A stretch of 63,355 nt of DNA, counting the filler, from Octopus bimaculoides (taxonomy: Eukaryota), in the NCBI RefSeq assembly GCF_001194135.2. It is 3 parts of 3 records of this genome, joined end to end, with 100 filler letters (N's around TTAATTAATTAA, not from the genome) between each part and the next. Parts side by side here need not be neighbours in the genome. Positions count along the whole stretch, not along the records: positions 1 to 18,026 come from NC_068990.1; positions 18,127 to 49,363 come from NC_068981.1; 1 more part is not named here. One strand, given 5' to 3'. Shown in pieces: positions 13,156 to 26,780 of the stretch. Made by a program: the position numbers and the translations under genes. Below the pieces are notes generated by a model that was not told the DNA's origin, made no database searches, and worked only from the letters and a program-made list of their open reading frames with translations. How positions within the stretch are numbered: the first letter of the stretch is position 1; the number at the start of each line of letters is the position of its first letter.

Positions 13156-15420
13156 TCTTTTTTTTAATTCACTACATTTCCATTTAGGTATTCTATACAC
13201 TCGATATGAAGAGACGAATAGGAAACTGTAAGTTTACAACAGCATACCTTGAAGAATTCCGGTCCATGAATTCAGCAAGTTCTTAGCTGCAAGTAGGGAA
13301 TCTACTTTTTAACTCACGATGCTAGAAATAATTACCATATCTCCTTAAATTCACAACCTGCCACCTAAAGATACAGTAGATTACGTAGTTTGAGAATCAC
13401 CATGCCTGAAAAATAAAAGATATCTATCGCTGGCATACCTTTGATAATTCATACTCGATTAAGATCAACCATAGCTGAAGACCAGTAACTATATAAACAA
13501 TCAACATTTTGTGATATATACTGTAAAGTTAAGACAGATCCTGTTTAATGATGTCGCTATTATTTTGGAGAAAGGCATTAACGTTTCACACTCCATTCTC
13601 TGTAAACGTGAACAAATACCAATATATATATATATATATATATATANNNNNNNNNNNNNNNNNNNNNNNNNNNNNNNNNNNNNNNNNNNNNNNNNNNNNN
13701 NNNNNNNNNNNNNNNNNNNNNNNNNNNNNNNNNNNNNNNNNNNNNNNNNNNNNNNNNNNNNNNNNNNNNNNNNNNNNNNNNNNNNNNNNNNNNNNNNNNN
13801 NNNNNNNNNNNNNNNNNNNNNNNNNNNNNNNNNNNTATATATATATCAATATATCAATATTGTATTTGAGTAAAGATGACAACTATACCAGTCAACGAGG
13901 CATTTTTTTCTCTCGTGTATTTTATCAAGATCGGTACGAAAGGAGAGTAAAATTTCGAAATTGGTTTTCCTTTGATTTTGTTCGTTCTGATCATTTTATG
14001 TTCAGCCTGTAAAAATTAATTGATTTCTTAAACTTTTTAAATGCCCAATAACTTGAGGCATTTCCTGATGCGTTTATTGATAGAGAGATGTAATGAAAAC
14101 ACCATGTGTGGTGTGTGTAAATTGTAGTCAGAAACGTAAAATAAGTGTTGGCATGATCCCTGATCAGTGACGTTTGCAAGCTGTCAGTAACAAATCTATG
14201 TCCTTCCGGTTGAAAATGGACGTTGCCTAGGAGAAAACATGTATGTCTCTGTGTGTTTGCGTGCGTGCGTGTGTGTGTGTGTATGTGTGTGTGTGTGAGT
14301 GTTTACGTATGTGTGAGTGTGTGTGTTCGTATGCGTGTATGTATGTTTAGGTGACATAAAACTCACATACGAACGCATACACGAACTCACTTATTCAAAC
14401 AACATATCGTATATATGTATACTTTTATGTGTGAAAGCACGTATTTGTGTATCTGCCTGCGTAAAGATATATTTATACGTTTATGTATGGTAGAGTATTT
14501 ACCAGCGATGATGGTACTGTATATGAAAATCCGTATTTTTATCTGTCCGTTTTCCAGAGAAGAGTTAAATGTAACATAAACAGAGGTACATACATACAGG
14601 GTTACTTCTTTATTCGAACTCACCAGTTTATGTGTATGTATTTCTGTCTATACATGGATGTGTGTATATAGACAAGCAAATACGTTTATATGTATTTGTT
14701 TCTTTAAAACGCATTTGCTTATATTTGTGTATATCATAGCATTTACGCTTGTGTATCGTTTTTGCATTATATTACTATATTTGTGGGCTTTTCAGGAGAA
14801 AAAACCCGTTGTAGCAAAAACACAAATGAACCTACACACAATCATTTATACTCACACGTAAAACCTGAGTGTATACAGATGTGTTGATTAACAGCCCAGT
14901 CAAGATGGTATTTTCTTCATCTCCTACTCTTGTATTTGCGCACATCTACAAATTGACTTTCTGAAATGAACTTCCATTATGCAGCTGAGAAGTACATTTT
15001 CATTGCACATCTTATGTGGTGTTCACACTACATAAATAAATGAACTTTGTACGAAACGTACGTACTGCTATAACCTAATGCATTTTTATTGCTTTCCTTC
15101 AAATTTTATTCNNNNNNNNNNNNNNNNNNNNNNNNNNNNNNNNNNNNNNNNNNNNNNNNNNNNNNNNNNNNNNNNNNNNNNNNNNNNNNNNNNNNNNNNN
15201 NNNNNNNNNNNNNNNNNNNNNNNNNNNNNNNNNNNNNNNNNNNNNNNNNNNNNNNNNNNNNNNNNNNNNNNNNNNNNNNNNNNNNNNNNNNNNNNNNNNN
15301 NNNNNNNNNNNNNNNNNNATATATACATATACTAATAATAATAATAATAATAAAGATAAAATCTTCAAAAATTTTATCAGTAGCTAATATATTTAAATAG
15401 ACGTATTAAGGTGAAATTTA

Positions 15421-15670
15421 TATATATAATTATAATTAAGGGCATAGAAAAAAAATCTAGCCTCTATGCTGGAAAGAGACGCTAAATCGTCCAACCACTT
15501 TAAATCATCCCAATACAGCTAACTATATTTTTATGAATTTCCGTTAGCTTACTCTCTCGATTTCAGCACGTGTATAACTTTGTGATGATTTAAAGTGGTT
15601 GGATGATTAAACGTCTCTTTCCAGCATATAGGCTAGATTTTTACTATGCCCTTAATTATAATTATATATA
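15421..15670. mobile_element. Foldback MITE with about 90-bp arms, in a TA context
   Basis: Inverted arms at 15421-15509 and 15584-15670. Confidence 0.8.
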
Positions 15671-16123
15671 CAGGTGACACGACTGAAACATCCCTATTCA
15701 AACTGAAAAGTTCATGACGTACTAATGCATTTAAGAGTGTTATTGTTCATAACTAACCATGGAGAATAATGAAATGAAAGAAAGGTATACGTTATATAAG
15801 AGTGACACTCACTCATTGTACTAAATCAGAGCCAACATGAAGTGATATAATAAACAACTACGAATACACTCGCAAAATGCTACAAGATGTACATATATCT
15901 ATACGAATATATATTACGTTGTATGTTTGATTATAGTTTATTTAAGCGCATAATATACTTAAATTATCAGTTCAAAACTATGGTGGACTTATGAAACATC
16001 TCCCCCAAACCATTTTATTTCTCAATGTTAGAAACTATTATTATTATTGTTGTTATTAATAATATGATTTTACACCACCCCTGCCAACACCAACACTATC
16101 CTCATCATCATCATCATTGTTAT

Positions 16124-16176
<53 letters not shown>

Positions 16177-16395
16177 AGGCGGTGAGGTGGCCGAATCGTT
16201 AGCATGCCGGACGAAATGCTTAGCGGTATTTCACCTGTCACTACGTTCTGAGTTGAAATTCCGCCGAGGTCGACTTTGCCTTTCATCCTTGGTGGGGTCG
16301 ATAAATTAAGTACCAGTGAAACACTGGAGTCGATATAATTGATGATTCCCCTCCACCAAAATTTCAGGCCTTGTACCTATAGTAGAAAGGATTCT
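16177..16395 (+). mobile_element. SINE A between (CTA)n and (TTA)n tracts
   Basis: Near-consensus copy. Confidence 0.9.
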
Positions 16396-16412
16396 TATTT
16401 TTGTTGTTGTTG

Positions 16413-16415
<3 letters not shown>

Positions 16416-16507
<92 letters not shown>

Positions 16508-16508
16508 G
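16416..16508. repeat. (TTA)n microsatellite; the window has dozens of (TA)n, (CA)n, (TATG)n, (TAGA)n and (TAA)n tracts
   Basis: Direct inspection; most N-gaps are bounded by (TA)n. Confidence 0.95.
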
Positions 16509-16829
16509 GACTGACGTACGTCTATAGATTAGTTCTATAGCTAGAGTGCAGTATTTGTTACGGATCTCTATGTTCTGCATACAAATCTTTATTCCAAAGA
16601 TTTACCTTTCATTTTTCTACCGCCAATACCATAACGTACCATTGAAATAGTGAGTTTGATATATTCGGCTAAACCCGACTCCTAAATGTCAAGATTTAGG
16701 CTTTTAGCGTCGCACACAATAACATGTTCCGGCCATTTGCATTCTGAGTTCAATTCTCGCCTGAATCAAATTCCGGAGTCGAGAAAGAATAATAATTATA
16801 GATGGAAATTTACAAAGGGTCTGTGGAAA

Positions 16830-17250
16830 TATGCAAGGAAAAAGAAAAAAATTCTCAAGAAAAAGACGGCTCAACATCAAGCTACGAAAACAAATAGGAG
16901 GTGCAACTTCTTCTGAATAAGAACAAAACCTCTCCTTAGGAAAATGATTAAAAAAATGAAGAGAAAAGAACAAAGATGAAGTAAGATTCACCGTTCATTT
17001 AAAAGTAAACAAGCAGTTCATAGTCAAAATTACACGACTTTAGTGTCACAGACTTCCTGAAGATCTTATAATGACTATAAAAAGAAATAATGTCAGGTTC
17101 GGAATATAAACAACTTAAGAAAGATACAGTATTAATAAACTGTAAGATAAAGATTATAAAGATTATCCTGCAATATTAGTGTATTTCCACACCAAATATT
17201 GAAAAGAATAAAATTGCCTATTGGTGCACTCGGTTGCATTCGCACATAAT
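16830..17250 (+). mobile_element. Highly decayed possible R4/Dong-like fragment
   Basis: Only patchy motifs (KLPIGALGCI near 17210; DF....D near 17035). Confidence 0.3.
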
Positions 17251-17437
17251 GTGTAAACTGTTGAAGCGAACAGGACTGTGGAGGGTCCTAAATTCACAAG
17301 CAATTTTTCATGCTTGGTTTCCTTTGAGTAGGTCTTTCTTTCATTATTGCTTGTTTTATTGTATTAAGCATTTATTTCTAAAAAAAATGTTTTTGTGTAT
17401 GAATATATTTGTGCGTATGTATACAAATATATATATA

Positions 17438-17595
17438 CCAAGGGATGTTGAAAACTTCCTGGCTTTAAGGATATTGCCAAAGGCCTGGTTGGAGGCCCAA
17501 CCTGCCCAACCTTTCGAGTTCTTTTACAGGGCTTAGAAAAACTGAAAAAACACTGCAATATGTGAATGGATCTGAAAGGGGAATATGTTGAATAA
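17438..17595 (+). mobile_element. Internally deleted mariner relic
   Basis: TA followed by TIR-like ccaagggatgttgaaaacttcctggc, then a mariner C-terminus GLEKLKKHCNM*MDLKGEYVE*. Confidence 0.6.
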
Positions 17596-17688
17596 AATCA
17601 TAGCCTCCGACCCAAAATTTCACGCCTTGTGCTTTTAGTAAAAAGGATCATCATCATTATTATTATCATCGTCATCATAATCATTATT

Positions 17689-18026
17689 ATTATTGTTCAG
17701 TAGTTTTATTTTTATAACGTGCTTTCACTTCACTACCGAGCGCAGCTCTGTGCGCCTTGGGTATGTGCTGTGGTTTGCTGTGGTTTGCTGTGGTGCTCTT
17801 ATGTTTACTGTATTGAAATTGTTTTGCGTAGAATGTGTGCAGTACCCAGTAGTGCAATTTTCTGTATGTTATATATATTTGTAAGTCCTGGTGTTTTTGT
17901 TATGTATTTGTCTGAATATTTTTTTATTATACCTAAGGCACCTACTATGATAGGAATTGTTTCTGTTTTTAGATTCCACATTCGAGTTATCTCTATTTCC
18001 AGGTTTTTGTATTTTGAAAGTTTTTC
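17689..18026 (-). mobile_element. 3' end of an R4/Dong-like (REL endonuclease) LINE
   Basis: Intact 73-aa ORF end at 18026-17805 (EKLSKYKNLEIEITRMWNLKTETIPIIVGALGIIKK...IQKIALLGTAHILRKTISIQ*), then a short 3' UTR and TAA/TGA-rich tail. The 5' side runs into an artificial gap. Confidence 0.85.
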
Positions 18027-18126
18027 NNNNNNNNNNNNNNNNNNNNNNNNNNNNNNNNNNNNNNNNNNNNTTAATTAATTAANNNNNNNNNNNNNNNNNN
18101 NNNNNNNNNNNNNNNNNNNNNNNNNN
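18027..18126. other. Artificial assembly join: 44 N + TTAATTAATTAA + 44 N
   Basis: Exactly 100 bp with a linker carrying stops in all six frames at 18071-18082; the same construct occurs at 49364-49463. Confidence 0.9.
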
Positions 18127-18262
18127 CTTATTTCTAGCAATGCTGGTGCTGACTTGCACCCTTAGTCACTGCAAAGACGATTGTACTTGTACTTTGTGGT
18201 TTTAAATTGCGACTAGCCACTTTAATAAGTTGCGCGTGCGCACGCACACACACACACACAAG

Positions 18263-18293
<31 letters not shown>

Positions 18294-18829
18294 CATTATA
18301 GCTTTATCCACAGTAAAAAGATTTTCCACAAGTAAACATGAGAGGAAAGCATAAATATCTAAGATGGCAACATGCTTCGTAGTCAGTACACGAAAGGAGT
18401 ACAAGTGAGATGATTCAAGCAGCCTGAGTGGAGCTAATCAACTGAGATGCTTTAATAGCGAAAATAGTTGGGTGGTTATTCGCAACATCAGTCAATGCCT
18501 TATTCGAATTTTCGTCCAAGCGTGTGGATAGCTGCGAGTACACGTCTTTGAAAAGAATCAAAAAGGCCAAAATGTATCTGGCGTTCTTGCTGGTCGATGC
18601 TGGAGCGATTTTTTGTCTTTTCCCCGAGATTGTATTTTTGTCTCTCCCGATATGTATTGAGATGTTACTGCAAATACCGCACTAACTGACCTGTCAACGG
18701 TGTGTATACATTAAGTATGATACATGTATGGCTATATAAATAAATACATGAGCAAATAAATATACAAATATAAATGTCAGAACTTACTGTGGACAAGGCT
18801 GCGTGGTGCTCGATTATAAAATAAACAAT

Positions 18830-19576
18830 ACACATTAAGTACAGGACATCACCACCGAGCGAAAAATACGTAAAAACACAGAGGTAAGTACAGGACAAAA
18901 TACCAAAAGAAGTCTAACTCCACCTCAGTTGTCGACCGTTTTACTACTCTCTATTTCGTGCTTTTAACGATAGGAAAACTTTCTCCCCCTCCTTCTTTGC
19001 TGTCCTCTTTCTCCCATTCCCTACCATCTTTCGTTCCTTCTCCACCTTCTCTTCGCTCCCTTTGCTTCTTTCTCTCATCCTGTCTCTTGACCCCTTCCCT
19101 CTGCCTGCTGCTCACACGTGACTACAGGCAATTTCTCTCGCCATTGTCTTTTCTGGATTAGACATCCACCGGGCTGGACGTCATTTCTCACGCCTCCCGA
19201 CATTTTTTCTCTTCTACTATTTTCTTCTCTTCTATTTCCTTTAAAAATTTTCCCCAGGCGTTACCCATAACAATTCGTCTAGGCCTAACGGCCCTTAATG
19301 CTTGTCTTCGTCGATTGTTTACTTTGTATGTCCACTCTGTTGTTGTCGTTTGTTCGCTCGAAGACCTAACTCTCCGCAAATTTTATATTTTTGAAATTTC
19401 TGGATGCTGGTGTCTTATGAACTTTTCCTACCTTGTCGTTAAAACCACGAAATAGGGAGTAGTGAAACAGTCGACAACTGGAGAGGAGTTACGTTTCTTT
19501 TGGTATTTTGTCATGTAGTTATCTCTGTGTACTTACTTATTTTTCACTCGTTGGTGATGTCCTGTACTTAATGTGT
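18830..19576. mobile_element. Foldback element with about 150-bp imperfect TIRs
   Basis: Arms at 18830-18980 and 19421-19576 (visible as near-identical opposite-strand ORFs MSCTYLCVF.. and MSCSYLCVL..); the right end runs into (TA)n and a gap. Confidence 0.8.
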
Positions 19577-19719
19577 TTGCGTGTATATATATATATATAT
19601 ATATATATATNNNNNNNNNNNNNNNNNNNNNNNNNNNNNNNNNNNNNNNNNNNNNNNNNNNNNNNNNNNNNNNNNNNNNNNNNNNNNNNNNNNNNNNNNN
19701 NNNNNNNNATATATTCCTT

Positions 19720-20104
19720 TTCTTTTCTTTTACTTGTTTCAGTCATTTAATTTCGGCCATGCTGGAGCACCGCCTTCGGTCGAGCAAATCGACCGCAGGA
19801 CTTATTCGTTGTAAGCCTAGTACTAATTGTATCGGTCTCTTTTACCGAACCGCTAGGTTACGGACACGTTAACTCACCAGCATCGGTTGTTAAGCGATGT
19901 TGGGGGAGAAACACACTCACACACGTACACACATACGCACACACACACACACACACACACGCGACGGGCTTCTTTCAGTTTCCGTCTACCAAATCCACTC
20001 ACAAGGCTTTGGTCGGCCCGAGACTATAGTAGAAGAGACTTGCCCAGGTGCCACGTAGTGGTACTGAACCCAGAACCATGTGGTTGGTAAGCGTAAGCAA
20101 GCTT
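19720..20104 (-). mobile_element. SINE B, near complete
   Basis: Family B blocks in order; ends at a gap. Confidence 0.85.
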
Positions 20105-23100
20105 NNNNNNNNNNNNNNNNNNNNNNNNNNNNNNNNNNNNNNNNNNNNNNNNNNNNNNNNNNNNNNNNNNNNNNNNNNNNNNNNNNNNNNNNNNNNNNNN
20201 NNNNNNNNNNNNNNNNNNNNNNNNNNNNNNNNNNNNNNNNNNNNNNNNNNNNNNNNNNNNNNNNNNNNNNNNNNNNNNNNNNNNNNNNNNNNNNNNNNNN
20301 NNNNNNNNNNNNNNNNNNNNNNNNNNNNNNNNNNNNNNNNNNNNNNNNNNNNNNNNNNNNNNNNNNNNNNNNNNNNNNNNNNNNNNNNNNNNNNNNNNNN
20401 NNNNNNNNNNNNNNNNNNNNNNNNNNNNNNNNNNNNNNNNNNNNNNNNNNNNNNNNNNNNNNNNNNNNNNNNNNNNNNNNNNNNNNNNNNNNNNNNNNNN
20501 NNNNNNNNNNNNNNNNNNNNNNNNNNNNNNNNNNNNNNNNNATATATACATATATATATACACACACACACACACAGAGATATGTAGATGCAAACAGGAA
20601 AAATAGAACTCAAAATATGAGTACATGTATATTTTTTATTAATATTTTGAAGTAATAGGCTGACCCAAAGTCCGATAATTTCGCGAGTTTGATAAGTCCC
20701 AACACACGAAATTCTTGATCTTTGAGTCACTCTGCTACTCCTGCTAATTATTAATATATTTATATTTACATATTTATATTTACATAAAATCATAAATGCA
20801 TACACATACAAATATATGTATGTACACATTTTATATATATTTGAGTGTATGTTTACGTACAGATAAAGGCGGTATGTAGAAGCACTTCTTATAAATATCT
20901 TTCCTACCCGAAGAAAGATGTTCAAAAATGTTTGAAAAACGTTGGAATGTTTTAGTATCCATATTCAATCTGCTGTATTTCACATTGTTGACGGTTGTTC
21001 AGGTTTACATTAAGGCTCAACGAATTTTTGATATATTTTCTTATAAGAAACATTACATTTATTTATTGAGCCACTTTTGTATTAAGAATCAATATCATTT
21101 TTGTATATACACGTATGTCTTCTACGGATAGTTGAGCTCTCTCTTGTTACATGAAACATTTTATACACCCATATTCTATGAGTGAATAATCTAATGATTA
21201 ACAATAGCTACTGAACATTTTGATAACTTTTTATAAAATGCTTGACTCGCCAGAAGATCCATCAAATAGGAATAATCCATTACGTAACTGGATTTCAAAT
21301 ATTTTTGAAAATTTATTTAATACTATCTTTTATTTAATCGGATTTCGCATTGTTGGCAATTATTGATATAGCATGAAACCATTAAGATGCGATAAATTAT
21401 TTTATATATCCATTTATAATAATATTATATCAATATAATAATATTTATAATAACATAATAAAATTTATGTTTGAGTCCTTTTTTGTATTATGTATCAATA
21501 TAATTTCTATACAAACAAATGCAGACATATTCACAATGAAATTTACTATAATAATATATTTACTTATGATAATATAACAATATTTGTGTTTTGAGTACTT
21601 TTTGTATTATGAATCAATATCATTTCTACAAATACATACGCACACATATATACACAGCGAAATGTAGAAAATGAATGATATTTACAACGACAAAGTGAGT
21701 ACAGAAACATGTAAAATGTTGAACTATTTGGGAGGTATAATTGTCAAAGGTAACCCTGATAGATATTCGAGCCGATGATACTAAATTTTGAAAGTCTATG
21801 ATGTTTCTCCTCATAAGCGTTCTGTATAAACACCGCTAAGCTTCTTTAAACAGGATAGAATGACAGATTGGTTATTCGATTTTTGTTACAGTGAAGATAG
21901 AATTTTAAGTAGTATTGTAATGTATTCAAAAAATGCGAAACTATCATTATGCTTTGGACAATGGCCAATTAAGTGCAAATGGAATTGATTTTACCATTTT
22001 GTGAAGTACATCATGAGAGAATTTGACAATACTTAAAAAAACTACATAATTGTGCTATAATTATTAAGAACCTTGCATTATGTCATGTGAAATAAATGTT
22101 CCAGTTGAAAATCTTTTCTTCCTAAATGGTTATAGGAAGAAATATGGGTCAGAGAAAACATGAAATTGAACAGTTTTAGTCTTTATTTAATGAGCAACAT
22201 TTAGGGGGCAAAATGGCTATTTTATTTAGTGTCTTATAGCAGTGCAGCAGCTACTTATTTGAAATTATAAATACGACAAAAGTATATTTAAAACTACAGT
22301 GAAATGGCTACTTTCATAAACATCAAATTCTTGGCAAGTCAAAATGTGACAACTTCGCTATATATATTATCGAACTATTCTGTTTCTTATCAGATGGGAA
22401 TTTAGAATATTCCTTGACGTTTGCAACTGGAAGTTAACAATGCATATTAGATCTTTATTGCCGTAAAGCTGTCAATTTTTTATTAAAAAAATTATTTAGA
22501 ATATCATACTACATGGCTATTAAATATTCAGTTAAGCCAGTTTAACGTGTTAAATGCAGCGGAAAGGGCATGCGAACAACTTGTTAAAATAATAATGCAG
22601 TGGAGGAAATATTGACTAATATTTTTTAATGATTTCAGCAAGTACGAGAGGCAACTGTGATTATTAAATTAAATTTCCTCAGTGAAACACAGACTTCATC
22701 GTATTTACCGCTGTTATGATGAGAGGTTCCATAAATAGATGTGTATGATATTGTACACTATTGTTCTTCACACAGATAGCGTCTCTGAGCAATTAACCTC
22801 TGTTTATTGTTTAAAATGTATTAATTTTCTAAATTTTCTCGTGTACTATATCGTACATGTATTTGGTGAATTTCGCATCAGTATTGCAAAAGATACAGGA
22901 AATCTGATAAGATCGAAACATACTCAGTGTTCTTTATCATGTTTGTCGAAATGATTAAATCAATATTACTTACTTAGCTAATGTTGAATTTTTCTCTCCA
23001 TATAATTGTTTCCAGTTAGTCACTTTTTTATGTTCATCGCATTAAATATGTTAACATTGACTAAACTAGAACTGCTGAGAAAATAGTCAGGGATGAATGT

Positions 23101-23399
23101 TGCTTTAAAACTTAATTGTAAAGTGGGATATATCCTACTTAGTGTAGTAAACGGAAACATTTTAATTTACAGTTCATATTTATACCAAATCAAGTCGCCA
23201 CGGGACTGAAGTGGCAGATGTTGTAGGATTGTCTTCCTTTGACATCCTCTAAAAGTGCACAAACTTCTTAACTCTGGATTGCACAAAAATGAAGGCATAA
23301 CAATTTCGTACACTATGACAAATCACATGATTTTGATAAGATTTTACAGGAATACTTTAGGATTTAACTTTAAACATAACCGTGAGCTCTGATTTAACA

Positions 23400-24100
23400 A
23401 TTGCCCTTCTACTAGAAATGATGCATGATTTATAGGCAGGCGCACACAGCCCCCAAAAATTCCGGATGAGAAGATTATTCATATCATCGATAAACTTATC
23501 TATAAAACTTCCAACTATTCGCGGGTAATAATTAGGGACCTTGAAGCTAAAGTAAGTAGGAGGGCTACTAATCTATCTTCAAGCAGAGATATCTTCAAAA
23601 TGGTAGGCCTGTATCATACTGATGTGCTAGCTAGAAGCGGTGTCAGTGAAAAGATAACTTATGACGATAAGACACACGCTGCAGCAAAATAAATCCAAGA
23701 AGAGTAAAATAATCTGGTTTAATCCACCATAAATCCTAAAAACCACCATGATCACAACCAGAAATTTCTTACATCATTTTCATCAACATATAAACGCCGT
23801 TAACCCTCTGACTCACACGTCATTATAGTTATCCATTTCTGTGTAGATAATATAATTACTCAGATCAAATACTATAACTACAAACACATTTTATTGCAGT
23901 TACTACTCTATTAGAAAATCTGTAAGAGTCGAAATCTTCTTTATTCAGAAGCTACTTATCTATAGACATCGTATACCTGTAATCATTACACTCCGGGCAG
24001 TATACAGAGAAATTATGCAGGTAAGACTGCGAAAACTTTCATGAGTCGTTTCTTTCTACATTTTCACTTCTTCAGATCGACATTTAAAAAAATTTGTCTG
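23400..24100 (+). mobile_element. Penelope-like element relic (RT thumb and GIY-YIG)
   Basis: KTSNYSRVIIRDLEAKVSRRATNLSSSRDIF...RSGVSEKITY (about 23500-23670), KKSKIIWFNPP (about 23698-23730) and YAGKTAKTFMSRF (about 24015) match PLE motifs SNHP..I..RIS.LSS, IIWFNPPY and YIG.T...FK.R. Confidence 0.75.
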
Positions 24101-26780
24101 GAAATTCAGGGACCAATGACACAGAATATTGTTGATAAGACAGTCCCATATTTATAATCAAAAGGTTCGAACTGGGTCCGTGTCGTGTTTTTTTCTAAGG
24201 AAATGTAGGAATATATTAACAAACAAGAAATCTTTTTTTAGACGGTAGGGCATGATTTGAGGGAAATTTGGCAGCTATTTCTACTAGGTTATATGTATGC
24301 GACCATGAAGAAGCTCCTTCGTCAAACTTACGAAGAAACTTTTACACAGTCGCTAGAAATAACAGTTAAATCTATCAGATATCTTACCATCATAAAAAGG
24401 AAGGACAGTTTGGGTGATATGGTGCTAGGTGTATTTTGTCTAGGGACAAGACGGATTGGCCACGATTGAAATGCATTTTATAATAGGTCTGTTCGTCCAT
24501 GTTGGATCTAGTGATAAATACAACAATAAGAACAGTAAGAACAGCTAATGCAGTGTGAAAGTTAATGCCGTGTGCTCCTCTCTGACAATCCACTCGAACG
24601 TTGCATTCTCTACACTCAAATATACATCTAAATGTATACACAAGTATAAGATGTCTATAAAGATTTAAACTCCTGAAAATATGCACCAACGCTATATGTC
24701 GTAGTATAATAATGGTTTTGTTCAAATATAAACGGTATACTGGTTTAATAGTATACTGGTCTTTCAAATTAATATTGATTTCTTCTGATTGAACTTCTGT
24801 TCATTAAACATAGTCACTCATGTGATTTCTCAATAACATCTTAAATACGTATGCGCGTACGCATTAAGTATGTATGTATGTATGTATGTATGTATGTATG
24901 TAGTGAGAATTTACAAAATACAAAAGACAAAGACGGTTGTGTAAACAACAAACAGATGTATTAGTTTAACGCTCGGGAAGTGAGAAAGTCTTTTACGTTT
25001 CGAGCCTACGCTGTTCGACAGAAAGAAACACAGAAATAAACAGGGAGAGAAAATAGAAAAAGGTTTAGTGGCTAGCGATCTATCATGGCGAAGATGGTTT
25101 CTGAGAGATTTGACTGTTATTTCTATACTGTTTCTGTAATCTGGACAGCAACCACCCCAAGTCCCTTAAACGTACTAGAAAATAGCAGCGGGATTAAATT
25201 CAAATTGTACCGTACAGTGTTAAAAAAGGTGAGACATATTGAATAATACAGTAGATACACTATGTTAGGTAGCAAAATGTTATGGTCTTCATCGGAATGC
25301 CTTCGCTGATGAGTCTTTTCTATAAAAACTGACCTGAAGCCATAATTAACACGAACAAGGCAAAAAGCATGAACAGTTACAACCATGCATTACCATCATC
25401 ACCACCCCCACAGCCACCATCACCACCGCCACTATTACTAACAACAACAGCAACAACAGCGGAGCCTCTACGGGGTTGTTTCATCTGCTAGAAATGAGAA
25501 CTAAAGCTTCTTCATTACACACTCTACCGATTTTTAAAATCAACGGAGAAATTAGATAATGTAGTCCCTGATACATTAGGTGTAAACAATGATATGGGAT
25601 GACCACGGCTGCAAGACCTTTGATCATTGGTCTGTCCGGAGATGACTTGGAGACAAGCAACATCGACGAGCTTACGAGCGAGCCTCTACGTGGTCACTCA
25701 ATCTGCTAGAAATAACCAAATCTCCTTCCTAATATATTCTACCGTCTTAAAAAAGAGAAACACATTGGACGTTGTAGTCTTAGATCCACTATGTCTGAAA
25801 AAAAACGAGAAGATTATAGTTGGAACTCTTTTAATTATAGGCTTACTGGACAATATTTTTCTCAAAAACATTTTTAGAAAAACAAACTACTTCATTATGA
25901 AGTAAAACGATACTGTTCATAAGCTTTTCTCCCTAAGATATTCTTAGAGCTAGGAAATTAGCGGAATAAAAGAAAAAACAAACAAACAAATGAGAAGAAT
26001 AGAATTAACGGACATTGCTCATAGCTCTCCTTAAAACTTCTCATTAGAGAGTCTGGCAAAATGCCATGATATATTTAGTTATGACAATGTTCGTTCCTAG
26101 TTCAAATTTCGCTCAGGCCAGCTTTATATTTCAACCCTCTGGGAGTAATAAAATAAAGTAGTAATCAAGTAAGTAGTGAATGTTTAAATGTGTTACGAAG
26201 AAGAACACTGATATTTGTTGAGATTTTTGATAAACGAGGTATCTATTCTTTTGCTACAAACGACAAAACATCGATAGAGTTTAGAGATAATGGCTCTTGG
26301 ATTAGTGTGATAGTAGCAACAGACAAAATGTGGTTATCTGCTGGTCGTGCTACTCGCTTCTGATGTTTCTCGTTCCCTGCCTGTTCATTACTCTTATGCT
26401 GTCAGCTTGGATCAGCTGCTGTACGCCGTCTCTTGGCCGTCTGTCTGCTATTTACTTTCTCCAGTCCACCGTCTGTTGTAGTAGCTAAGGTGTGCAGAAT
26501 ATATAGCGATGGTTGGGCCCGCCAAAAATATGAAATTGCTGTTGGAGCCGGTTCCAAGCAAAGGCTTGATTAGTCAGATCTTTTCGATGACGTGGGTATT
26601 ATTCTAGTGAATCGCAACATCAGACATAGTGATTTGATGGCTAAATATTCCCACTACATATGTATTTCAATAATGCATCTTCGTTGTGAGCGGAATTATG
26701 CTAGTAGAAAAAGCAGCAAAGTGTTTATTTGAACAGCATTTGAGTTATTGCAAATCAGTAAAGAAAACACAAAGATGACA

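Noticed and set aside
18071-18082. TTAATTAATTAA as a biological site
   Set aside because: An identical 44N-linker-44N construct occurs twice; it is an assembly spacer.
20650-20726. Minus-strand LIKLAKLSDFGSA resembling a kinase DFG motif
   Set aside because: There is a stop just upstream, no HRD motif, and no other kinase subdomain in the window.
21432-21665. Degenerate tandem duplication of about 120 bp, plus short 21-23-bp duplications at about 3680 and 34358
   Set aside because: Ordinary slippage-type duplications in AT-rich DNA.
26330-26600. GC-richer island
   Set aside because: All frames are short, and no motif or clean splice pair was found.
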